Assembly (NCBI RefSeq): GCF_037042905.1
Contig: NC_087250.1
Coordinates: 11,844,001 to 11,908,000, forward strand
DNA length: 64,000 bases
Origin: Lytechinus pictus
Taxonomy: Eukaryota
Direction of reading: 5' to 3'
Below, piece after piece: positions 39,986 to 51,265 of this stretch. The notes below the pieces were generated by a model, which was not told the origin of the DNA, did no database searches, and saw only the letters and a program-made list of their open reading frames with translations. Each line of letters starts with the position of its first letter. Position 1 is the first letter of the stretch. The position numbers were made by a program, and so were the translations under genes.

Positions 39986-40093
39986 ATTGTTACTCCAATC
40001 CGTGTCTTCACGGAGGAACCTGCATGGAAGAACTTGACGGGTTCAGTTGCTCCTGTCCTGGGATCTATTTCGGAATTCATTGTGAACAACATG
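39986..40093 (+). CDS. EGF-like domain exon 1 ([33 protein letters not shown])
   Basis: Six-Cys EGF pattern; tttacag/gtacgt; 108 bp; phase 1-1. Confidence 0.95.
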
Positions 40094-40535
40094 GTACGTT
40101 TTTTTATTGAAAATAGCTGATTTAAGAGTAGCCAAAATTAAAGGGGTATTCAGAAAAATCATAAAGAAAAATGGGGAATTCGTTGTGAGCAACATGATAA
40201 GTTTCGAAATATTAATCACGAAATGACCAGTCGCTATCACGAGAAATTTGGCAGTGTATCCCTTTCATGAATATTGAGAAGTTTAAAGATTAGTAAAATG
40301 TTTGTTCACGTGATTAAAATATATATCTATACTCTTTAATTAGACCACTAAACAGCGCATGCCCAATGAAACAGTTAGCGTCTGCGATATTATATCTATG
40401 TTGATATCAACATACTTCCTACATAGGTATGTTTCAAAACCGAAGGCAATGTTAGTATGATAATGCTATGCAGTCTTGATGTTGACAAGACCGCGTTGAA
40501 ATAATGGCGTCGACACTGGTCACAGTAACCTTTTA

Positions 40536-40777
40536 CACTGCAACAACTCCGGTGTTGATTTAACACCAGCCCGGAATCTATATATGTCCTCACCAGAGAA
40601 GTATTGAAACAACACCAGTTTGGAATCAAACCGATGCTGTTGTAATACTATTTGGTGTTGTATAAACACCTTTCTGGTGTTAGACCAAATCGAAACTAGT
40701 GTTGTTTAACACTTCTCTTGTGTGGACATATATAGATTCCGGGCGGTGTTAAAATCAACACCGGAGTTTTTGCAGTG
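40536..40777. mobile_element. CACT-ended palindromic MITE
   Basis: CACTGCA...TGCAGTG TIRs; TA flanks. Confidence 0.85.
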
Positions 40778-41162
40778 TATAAAGAATTATTTATAAGCAA
40801 TAATTTATAATTTATTATTCACAATTATTTACAAGCAATTTCTATAACCAATTTGTTATCAACCAATGAGAATGAAATATTTCAATAGCTATGAACTGTT
40901 TTTGCAAATTCGTTATTATAAGTTATAAGTACTATAAGTTTCATGAAACGGGCCCCAGATCACGCAAAGTAGTTTTTTTATTTATTAAGTCTAACCTACA
41001 CCAATAACGGAATTGTTCAACGGTAAGTTCCTTCCTCAGTGTGGGCGGGGGATAAAGTAGTCAGCGCCGCCTTGTTCACACTGCAGTCATGGCAGGATTA
41101 ACTTTTTTTACATTCACGATGCATGTTTTTTTACAACTCTTTTTTTTTGTGTGTGTTTACAG

Positions 41163-41270
41163 CATGTGACTCCAATCCTTGTCTTCATGGAGGGACATGT
41201 GTGGAGGAGCTTGATGGGTATAATTGTTCCTGTCATGGAGGCTATGTGGGAATTCACTGTGAGAAGCCTG
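41163..41270 (+). CDS. EGF-like domain exon 2 ([33 protein letters not shown])
   Basis: Six-Cys EGF pattern; tttacag/gtgagg; 108 bp; phase 1-1; not in the ORF track. Confidence 0.95.
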
Positions 41271-41406
41271 GTGAGGTTTTTTTTTTTTTTTTTTGATAAA
41301 AGATAATGCAATAACGGTAAAACAATGAAGGATAAGGGCTGTGTGCAAGGGGTGCACGCTCCATCTTCTGAATATTTCAAGAATCATTCATTCAAAATAA
41401 TTGCTA

Positions 41407-41650
41407 CACTGCAAAAACTCCGGTGTTGATTCAACACCAGCCCGGAATCTATATATGTCCACACCAGATAAGTATTGAAACAACACCAGTTAGGAATCAA
41501 ACCGATGCTGTTTTAATACTTAACTGGTGTGATATAAACACCTATCTGGTGTTAGACCAAAACGAAACTGGTGATGTTTTACACTTCTCTGGTGTGGACA
41601 TAATATAGATTCCGGACTGGTGTTAAATCAACACCAGAGTTTTTGCAGTG
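41407..41650. mobile_element. CACT-ended palindromic MITE
   Basis: Closely similar to 40536-40777; TA flanks. Confidence 0.85.
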
Positions 41651-44600
41651 TACAGCAAAATCTAGGAAAGACAAATCTGTGCACCTTGATTTTTTTCCCA
41701 GATTTTCTCCTTTTTTGTATTTGCATCCTCTGTTTCAGAATCCGGAATCCACCCCTGCGCTGTGATTATAGGGATATTCAGTGGTTGGGAGAAATAATTG
41801 TAGTACATTGACTAATGGTTTGGTTTGGTTTATTCACGATAAAAAAATATATAAATATAAACAAAATATACATTGTTAGATCAAATTAGTATTGTAACAG
41901 AATCATAACATAAATAATGAATATAATACAACATATAAAACTTATACATATCGTAGGGATGACTCGTTTCAGATGGGCTATTAATATAGCCCATCTGTTC
42001 TTCCCCGAGGTCCCTCGGTTACCCCGAGAACATTAGCAGTAGGATAGAACTTCAAAGGTGGAGGAAGTAGTTAAGCACTTTGTGGTAGTGCCGTATGTTC
42101 GAATCACACAGTGGGCTAGCGTCCGTTGGAAAGGCGTCAATCCAAATTTTGCTACTCTCCACCCAGATGCTAAATGGATACCCGGTAGATTGTTTGCGGG
42201 AATGACTGTTCGATCCGATGGCCGGGATAATACACTGTAAAAAATTATGTGCTAATTCAGCACTTAAAGTGCTTGTATAGTGACTGCACTACGAGTGCTG
42301 ATTTTCTAGTTTGAATTTGAACTAAAAAATCAGCACTCGTAGTGCAGTCACTATACAAGCACTTTAACCGCTAAATTAGCACATCATTGCAATAAGTCTG
42401 TGAGCGCTTAGATACATACAATGTATGTCTTAATCACATTATAAATACCCATATTATTGTTATGTAACAGTGGCAGGTAAGTGAATGGTGTAAAAAAAAT
42501 GTCCCAACTTTCTTATTTGAAATCCGATTTTAATGAGATTATCAGGCTTAACGCTTTGCCCGACATGGACACACCCCGTACTACATTCGTTGTAAGGTGC
42601 AACATTAAGAGGGGTTCTATACACTGACTATGATAATTCAATCCACACTAAAGCTAAGTTTATTTTCTGTTTCTATTCAAATCAATTTTTGGGGGCGGGT
42701 AGGTAGACGTTTTATCAAAATTCGCATTCCAGTTGTTTTATCGAACTTTGAAAACAGTATTTTGTCTATTTTCGGCATATTTCAGTTTTTGTTACTAATC
42801 AACATATGATCATGAACTATGTAAGATAAAACAGTTTACAAATATCTTCTTACTCTAACATTCCTACGAACTGGGGTATCCGTAAGAACGCAAAAGACGA
42901 TTTTTTTTTTGTTACCTTCATTTTAGATCCCTCCAAAAACGATTTCCTTACACGCCATTTAAGACACATGCTTTTTTCATACACAGGAAACTGATAATAA
43001 CGCTTAATAACCATTAGGGCCTATGCTAGGAGTATAGACCTAAGGTTTATGTCCATCCATGTTGTATTGTGACGTAACCGTAGAATAATAATGAATGTCT
43101 ATGAGTGCAATGGACAGAATACTTCATGAGGTGAAAGATGAATGGATCATTATTTCATCTTTCACCGAATGAAGAAACATTCATCATTTGGTTTATATGA
43201 CACCTAAAAATTGTTTTTTTTTTCATATGAAATTTATGAATTTCGATGCAAAACATGGTCATGCAGTGCGAGTTCTGTCTGTTGATTGTTACGTCATTAC
43301 AACATGCGCACTGCTGGTGCCGGTGTGGTAGAAAATTTGGACCGGGGCCCGCCAGTCCAAAACGGCTAGTAAATTTGGACTGCCAGTACCAAACGGATAG
43401 CCGATCGGGGCTGCCAGATCCAAAAGACTGGTTGAATTTTTTGCCGATACGAACGGAAAGCCGCCGTTTGGTTCCGTATCGTCAGAAGGTTCGAATGTAG
43501 TAAATATATTTTATAAATATCTGCTTTGGTGAAATGGTTCAATATATATATAGGTGTGATTTTTAATGTAATTTCATCAGAAATATTTCTATAATTCGGT
43601 CTAAAATTAAAAACGTTGGTCTAGGTAGATCTAGATAAGAGGTATTTCAGCCTCGTACGTTACGGACGGTACCCTCGGTACACGATGCGATGAACCGGTA
43701 CCTTTTTTGCGCACGTGCAGCGCTGGACTGCCTGGACAGTTGACACGGTACCGAACTGTACCACGTCTCTTTTTTTGAGTAGGGTCAGGCGCGTAGACAG
43801 AGGGGCGGTGGGAGCGGTCGCCCCCCAAAACGTCCCCAAAAAGAAAAAAAAAAGAAAGAAAGGAGAAAAGAAAAAGCGAAGGGAAGAAAGGGAATAAAGG
43901 TAGCTTTGTGGGTTTTTCTTTTTATTCTTTATTTTATTCTCAAAAGAGAAACTCCTTCACTCTTGCCCTAAATTTATATATATAAATTTTGCTTCCGCGC
44001 TACGCGCGTTTAAATGACAATTGTAGTTCTCCTTTGTTTCCCTCACCCTTTCTCTAACCCTGTTTTTCCACCTCAGCTATGTGTTTCTTGCCAGTTAAAG
44101 TTCAAATGTATATATTAGGGCATGGAATAAGAGTAATATAAGGTTAGGCCGAAGCCAAAGTATATGAAGTTATCTTTTCTTTTCAAATTGATCGCGCAAC
44201 TTAATTTTGTCGGGTCGACTACGGGCGGGTAAAATCTTTATATCAATTTCTGCCGTCACCTCCATACAGGCAATTTCTCCCGCTTTTCAGCTCATTACTA
44301 AACAACCATAATTTGGGGGCAAACACGTTCCTAATTTTAAAAGAGGAAGGTATAAAATTCGTGTTGTATTAAATAAAAAAGTACAATATTTTTTTTAATT
44401 AAATTCTATTAAACTTCATGTCATTTCCCCGCACATTCATCTCCTGTCCTGTTTTTGCGCCCTCAGTTTGAAATTTTGAATGACATTTAAGTTTCTTCAT
44501 CATTCAAAATGAAGCGCTTTAGGATAAGTCAAAGAAATTATACATGATCCTTTTTTTTATATAATTTCAATAAATCAAATTAAAATCCGAATTTATCTTG

Positions 44601-47142
44601 TTGCTAAGAGAAACTGTCGGCAAATGAAAATGCCTGTATTGTTGAAACACCTGAAAAGACATTGTTAAAACACATGTTTAAAGACAATATCCTGTCGTCG
44701 GCTCGTCAGATGGGGTTAAAGCAGGCTGGAACTAAAGCGAAGAGATTCCTATCCTTCCTAACACATCCCTGGTCTGAATATTACGTCAAAATCTATACAC
44801 CACAAAATTTTGCTCGCAACTTTACAAAAAAATACGTTGTACGCCATGTCTGGCCCAAACTTTTGCCTCATTACGCCACTGGGGTAGATAGTATACGATT
44901 TTTTTTTTATTGTTCTTCATATTTTAAGTGCGCATTTTGCCTTTCTCCCCTGTGTCCCTCTCCTACTTTAAAATTTGCCCCACGCTCGTGATTATTTTCC
45001 TCTGTCTTTATATTTCTATAAATTTGGTAAAATATATAGCGTGAGAAATGACTTGCGGACAGAACGTCGCTTGTGTTTCATACTTCAATAATCAGTGAAA
45101 TGACAATACAAATCTTGTAGCTTCTTTCTTGTGCCAAGCTTTGATCGAAAGCTTGGTGCAATTAAATTGATATAAAGAAGCTACATAGGCGACGGAAGCG
45201 GGGGGGGGGGGCGAGGGTCCTGTCCCCCTAGATTTGAGGTGGTTTGTTTTTTTGTTTTTTTTGCTTGTCAAGTTTGTTTCCTGCGTCCCCCCTAAATTCA
45301 GGAGGACCGCTTTAAAATTGTTTTAAATCGTTATGGTCCCCCCTAAAAGTGTGTTTGTTAACCTTTTTTTTTTTTTTTTTTTTCCTTTGTCCAACCATAA
45401 ATTCGAGGTAGACCCCCCCCCCTAATTTTTTGGGCTTCCGCCGCCAATGAGAAGATATACGACCAATGTTGAGTCATTCATTCACTTCTAAATAAAAAAA
45501 ATATATAGGGCCTACAGCTACATGTGTGTTATTAAATGCCAGCCAGGTGCGGATCCAGGAATTTCCAGGGGGCACTTTTGTCCAGAAAAATTTGACAAGC
45601 TAAAATAAAAAAAAAGGGTTAGCACTTGCACATATACGGTACTTTCGACCACTTTTTTGTGGCTCTCAAAAGGGGGGCATGAGCCGGGTGTGCCCCCCCC
45701 CCGGATCCGCGCCAAAGCATCCCCTCCCTCGAGCTTAAGGTCAGTTTGGTGCCCCCTCATAACTGGTGAATGCCCCCTAAGTTTAAGTTCAATTTGCCCA
45801 CCCCCCTCCCCATGTGACACGTGAATGTGCTCCCGGTCAAACATCAAATTGGCACCCCAAAGGTCGAGCATCATTTCTGCTCCTCGCGAGGTCAAACTTC
45901 AAATTGCGGGCGCGCCCATGCACGCTCTTTTATTGTTATTATTATTTCATCTCCCCCTCTTTTTCCCCTTCATTTTCCTTCTCTCCCCCCCCCCCCCCCT
46001 TTATTCCCTCTTCCTTTTTTTCCTTTTCTCATATACTTTTCCCCATTTTTTGCGATCTCTTCTTCCTACGTTTTTTCTCTCCCTTTTATTTTCATATATT
46101 TCCTCCTTTTTCGACTACCTGGGTCCCGTGCCCCAACCCCCCCCCCCAAAAAAAAAAAATAATTAATAAATATGCGCATAGTGTGTGTCTCAATGAGGTG
46201 TCACTGAGAGTTCCCTGTGTGTTTGGCAGCCTTATTGTTAGACTTAGTTTTCTCGTATTGATACATTCATTTTGAATTCTTCTTGATTACTTTGGGGGTT
46301 CGAAGAGCATGCAGCAGTGTTTCCCCCCCCCCCCCCCATCAGCCTAGTCGCAAATCCCATCCTATTTCTTGCTTGGTTATGAAGACCAAGACAAACCAGC
46401 CATATTGGTGGACATATCGAAGTTCACACCCCGAATAGCACAGGTGCACAAAGGGAGCACGCAGTGTGAATAGGGCTTCATGGCTCCACACAGCAGCCGT
46501 CCCCGGATGTTTAATTAATTGGAAGAGTGCTAAAAAATGCATACAACTCCCTAAATAACTTGAGATTCTCAAATCGGCAACTGTATCTGTTATGTGGGTG
46601 TGGTTGACTTGGAGGAGCCCATTGGTTGAAAAGGACGACTGGAATATCACATTCTTGCTGTAGGGGTGATAATGGTGCATGAACAGCGTATTGGAACAAA
46701 TCGCCTGGTCGGAACAAATCGACTATGACGATCGCATCACACAACAAAATTCGGAACTAATCGGCGGGTAAAAGAGCCGCCGATTAGTACCTCCAGCCCC
46801 GATCGGCTGCCCGGTCCAAATCACCTATGACACCTGCAGCTGCAGTCTCGGTGCGCGCGTGCAATGGACAAAATCGTATGGATCCAAAATTGCACGATGA
46901 ATGGATCCAAAATTGCACGGTTGATGACGTCATTGCAAAATGGGCTGAATGAACGATATCAAACAACCAATCAAATCACAAGGATCTATCTAGGTGTCAT
47001 ATAACAATGTTTACACTACATTTACAACAAATTTAATAATGATACTCTACGTGTAAATCAGTAACATCAAAAGTTAGTATAACATAAATTATGATGGGAA
47101 TCTATGTACGGTATATATCTTCTTTCTTGTCTTACATTTAAG

Positions 47143-47433
47143 TTTGTCCAGACGGATGGGTGTATGGAGGAACGAAGTGTTTTCTGGAAGTGGCTGGCCG
47201 ACGATCCAACTGGACGAGTGCGCGTGACTATTGTAACGGTCTGGACGAGGTTGTACTCGGAAACGGAAACAGAGTTCGACCATCTCTACTCCTCATAGAG
47301 AGCGAGGAAGAGTATGATCTTCTCAAACTCAACATAAACGACCCTTGGGACTACTACTGGTTGAACTGTCAGTTTATTGACATGAATATTACTTGCTTCA
47401 CAGACAGAGCCGGAAACACAAGTGACTACCGAA
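47143..47433 (+). CDS. C-type lectin domain exon, N-terminal part (CPDGWVYGGTKCF...NWTSARDYC...LLLIESEEEY...YWL)
   Basis: Long-form CTLD signature; tttaag/gtaagt; 291 bp; phase 1-1. Confidence 0.92.
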
Positions 47434-48867
47434 GTAAGTTTATTTGTATACAGATGGTAGAGAAAATCTACTCTTTCTTCTCATGTGGTTTCAAAACAAT
47501 GAGAGTCTAGTAGAAATGCCCCTTTTCCCAATGGGTGCTCTATGATTTTATTTTTTTTTTTTAAATAGGAATGATAGGGAAAAGGATGGGGTGATGTCGG
47601 AACCCCCTGAAGGGGTAGCTGACGATGTCTTAGCACTTCCGTATAATTATGTAGCTGATAGAGAAAACCATGCTTCTTCTCCAAGTGGTTTAAAAAAATA
47701 GAAATGTCTTTATTACAAAGCAGAAACACCTTCTTTCCTAAATTAGGATACAAAAATTGTAAATTTTCTAAGAAATAGGCAAACTAGGCAAAAAGAGTTG
47801 GGCGATTTCGGCAGCTCCCTGAGGGGGTAAGCTCCAATGTTCCAGGTATTTCTTTATATGTATGTGATAGAGAAAAGCTAAATTGTTCCTCTTCAAGTGG
47901 GGCTCAAAAAAGCACGATATTATAATAGTAGAACTACGTATAGGGGTGGGTTATCTGCGAAGGTACTTGTGGGACTATGCTTTAAGATACCAGAAAGTCA
48001 TTGAATGTAACATGCACAGTAAGACCTCCTCTAATTTTCCAAGAGGTTTCATAAACATAAAATTTGCTTCGGTATAATTTATAGAAAATGCCTTTTGCCC
48101 TTATACCCATCTATGTAATATATACATTTATATTGCAACGTACATAACATGTCACACCAACAGAGACGATGCCAGACCGATTAAGGCTATTGTAGTCTCT
48201 TGTCTCTTAAAATGCATGCCACCGGTCGCATTGTAGTCAATATAATTAATGTGACCAAGACGCGGTGGTTGCATTTTCGTCTCATTTCATCGCAATAAAG
48301 TGTAATTCATTTTTAAAGTATTTGCCCTTTATCTAAGCAAATCAAGACATTAATATTGTCATGAATCATATCGATATTCCCGTTTCTATATCCTCTTTCT
48401 TGTCAATGCTGCATTAGTTGTTGATATTTATGATAAAATAGATAGTTATCAATGCACATGCAAATTTTTGACAAAAAACATGTACATTTGGGCATGAATT
48501 TTTTTAAAAAAATATTATCCGGAATTTCACACACACATACACACACACACACATATATAAATAATATATATATATATATATATATATAAATATAACGCCT
48601 ACCATTGTTCTCTTCATTAATTTCTTTACAATATTTAAAATAAAAAGAGTTGCCAAAGCTGTTGTACATGTATAACTTTACACATTTGTATACTTTCTCC
48701 CATACGTGTACTGTATCAAAGCAATAGCTTTGATCCAGCTGAGGCATGGCGGCTTGTCATTGTTCAAAACCCACCTTCACCCGACAAAGGAAATTATAAT
48801 TGGTATAGTGTCGAAAATCTGTCTATCTGACGGTCAATCGGATCGGGGTCGCCCTAGCCACTAACCC

Positions 48868-48939
48868 GTCTCTGTGGTCTAGTGGTTAAGGCACCGGCGT
48901 TCAAAGCTGGGGGCCCGGGTTCGATTCCCGGCAGGGACA
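48868..48939 (+). tRNA. tRNA-like gene, anticodon TCA (opal-suppressor-like; function unknown)
   Basis: Acceptor GTCTCTG/CAGGGAC, D GTCT/AGGC, anticodon CCGGC-GTTCAAA-GCTGG, T CCGGG-TTCGATT-CCCGG; T6 terminator directly after. Confidence 0.6.
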
Positions 48940-49268
48940 TTTTTTCGGCATCACCAATTTATCCAAAGGGTAGATAGCTCTGGGGAACCTTGATTTAAGC
49001 TACGCCTACCATTGTTCTCTTCATTAATTTCTTTACAATATTTAAAATAAAAAGAGTTGCCAAAGCTGTTGTACATGTATAACTTTACACATTTGTATAC
49101 TTTCTCCCATACGTGTACTGTATCAAAGCAATAGCTTTGATCCAGCTGAGGCATGACGGCTTGTCATTGTTCAAAACCCACCTTCACCCGACAAAGGAAA
49201 TTATAATTGGTATCAAAATCTGTCTATCTGACGGTCAATCGGATCGGGGTCGCCCTAGCCACTAACCC

Positions 49269-49340
49269 GTCTCTGTGGTCTAGTGGTTAAGGCACCGGCG
49301 TTCAAAGCTAGGGGCCCGGGTTCGATTCCCGGCAGGGACA
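49269..49340 (+). tRNA. tRNA-like gene, anticodon TCA, second copy
   Basis: Same as 48868-48939 except one G->A change giving a C-A mismatch in the anticodon stem; T6 terminator. Confidence 0.55.
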
Positions 49341-49615
49341 TTTTTTCGGCATCACCAATTTTTCCAAAAGGTAGATAGCTCTGGGGAACCTTGATTTAAG
49401 CTACGCCTACCATTGTTCTCTTCAGTAATTTCTTTACAATATATATATAAATATATATATATGAATATACGGAAGAGAATATTGTACGCAAAACGGTAAA
49501 ATATCCTCAAAACCTGATATACTTAGCTTTTCAACATGCAATTATCAGACTAAGATGAACGTTGAAACGACGCAATATCATTATAAAAGAACCGACAGAG
49601 ACAATGGACGCTTTA

Positions 49616-50802
49616 AGCCCCTTTCACAATTGACGTACGACCATTTGCGACCTTTTGGTCGTGCGACAGGCTGCAACAGGCATCAATCGCTAGTCATCTC
49701 ATAAGATCGCACAGAAGCTTTCACAGTTGCAACAGCTGTCGTACAACAAAAACAACCAGTAAACCCCGTTGCACGAGTAAGTCGCATATGCTCTTATTGT
49801 GCTCGTGCGATCACATGCGAGTGTTGCACGAGGGATTGCGAGCGGAACGGTCGCATACATGCGAATGAAACGGTAGTGCAATGTTGTAAGCCGTTGCGAT
49901 CGGTCTTGCAACAGTCTTATGGCCCATATTTTTATCGCAACCAGTCGCAAGACAGGTCTCTGTACATGTAGGTCGCTTGCACATGTGCAAGTGTTGCACG
50001 ACCTCCAGTCAAGTAAATGCGACTACTTAGTTGTACCACCTCTCGCACCAAGTCGTACAACGTTGAACAACACTCGCACGATGATCGCCCGACCGATGGT
50101 ACGACCCCGGGTACGGCCTGATGCGAGTGAATCGATCGTATTTGATCGCGTTCGGATTTTGAACATGTTCAAAGTTCAGATGTGACCAGTCACGACCACC
50201 TCGAGTTCGTGCGACCGTCTACAACGACTGCGAGTGCTCGCAAGACACCAAGAGATCGATCGTGCAACAACAAGAAAAAAACTGTTGCAGGCGGTCGTAA
50301 ACTGGTCGGACGTCAATTGTGAAAGGGGCTGAACGGTCGCATACATCCGAATGCAACGGTAGTGGAATATAGTAAGCCGTAATTTCGATCGGTCTTGCAA
50401 CAGTCTCATATTATCGCACCCAGTCGCAAGACTGGTTTCTGTAGGTCTCCAGCACATGTGCAAGTGTTGTACGACCTCCAGTCGACTAAATGCGACTATA
50501 CTTAGTTGTGCCACCTCTCGCACCAAGTCGTACAACGTTGAACAACACTCACACGATGATCGCCCGACCGATGGTACGACATGTTGCGAGTGAATCAATC
50601 GTATTTGATCGCGTTTGGATTTTGAACATGTTCAAAGTTCAGATGCGACCAGTCACGATCACCTCCGACCACATCGAGTTTGTGCGATCGTCTACAACGA
50701 CTGCGAGTGCTCGCAAGACACCAAGGGATCGATCGTGCAACAACAAGAAAAAACTGTTGCAGGTGGTCGTAAACAGGTCGTACGTCAATTGTGAAAGGGG
50801 CT
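49616..50802. mobile_element. Non-autonomous TIR transposon (Harbinger-like) with a duplicated right half
   Basis: TIR AGCCCCTTTCACAATTGACGTACGACC; right TIR occurs twice (ending 50331 and 50802); TTAA context; shares the TTTGAACATGTTCAAA palindrome with 11895-13644. Confidence 0.8.
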
Positions 50803-51095
50803 TAACGGCGAGCTGTGATTTGCTGTCAAGGTGACCAAGTTAGGCTTAGTATTTTGTTTTGTTATTATGTGTTCTTTTACTCAATTTGCTTCAATTTACG
50901 GCTGTTTACTGAGCCTAATTTGTTTACCTTGCCAGCCAATCACTGTTCGTCGTATAGCATCCACTGTGTCAGTCTTGTCTATTTCGGTTTTAGTACTTAG
51001 CGTGCTGTTCATTCAGGCGATTTTAAAATATCAAACTTAAACTTTTGAGGCGATTATTAGGATTTATGTTTTAATATGTCTATACTTTTTTTCAG

Positions 51096-51265
51096 ATTGG
51101 CCTGATTCTTCTTATTCCGGAATCGCATACGAGAGTATTTACTGCGTGGATGTGTTCATGAGTAGTGGCTATTGGGAGACATATCGCTGTTCGAATCAGG
51201 ACGATTTAACCGCTTGTCAAGTAAATGTTTTTGCTTCAAGAAAACACCGACATAGAATGCATTAA
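51096..51265 (+). CDS. C-type lectin domain terminal exon (NWPDSS...YCVDVFMSSGYWETYRCSNQDDLTACQ...*)
   Basis: tttttttcag acceptor; phase 1; completes the CTLD Cys/Trp pattern; TAA at 51263-51265; not in the ORF track. Confidence 0.9.

Larger units (their letters stand above)
48595..49441 (+). repeat. ~2.1-copy tandem repeat (407- and 401-bp units) between (TA)n tracts
   Basis: Units start at ACGCCTACCATTG (48595, 49002, 49403); near identical; TA microsatellite on both sides. Confidence 0.95.

Noticed and set aside
45518..46275. Several overlapping ORFs of 113-153 aa
   Set aside because: Low-complexity poly-C/pyrimidine repeat sequence with no domain signal or consistent splice sites
48868..48939. 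Selenocysteine tRNA
   Set aside because: Short variable loop and 7/5 acceptor/T stems do not fit tRNA-Sec
49150..49200. SECIS-like ATGA...AAAA...GA in the tandem unit
   Set aside because: ATGA occurs in only one of the two copies, and ATGAC pairs locally with GTCAT rather than forming the SECIS helix
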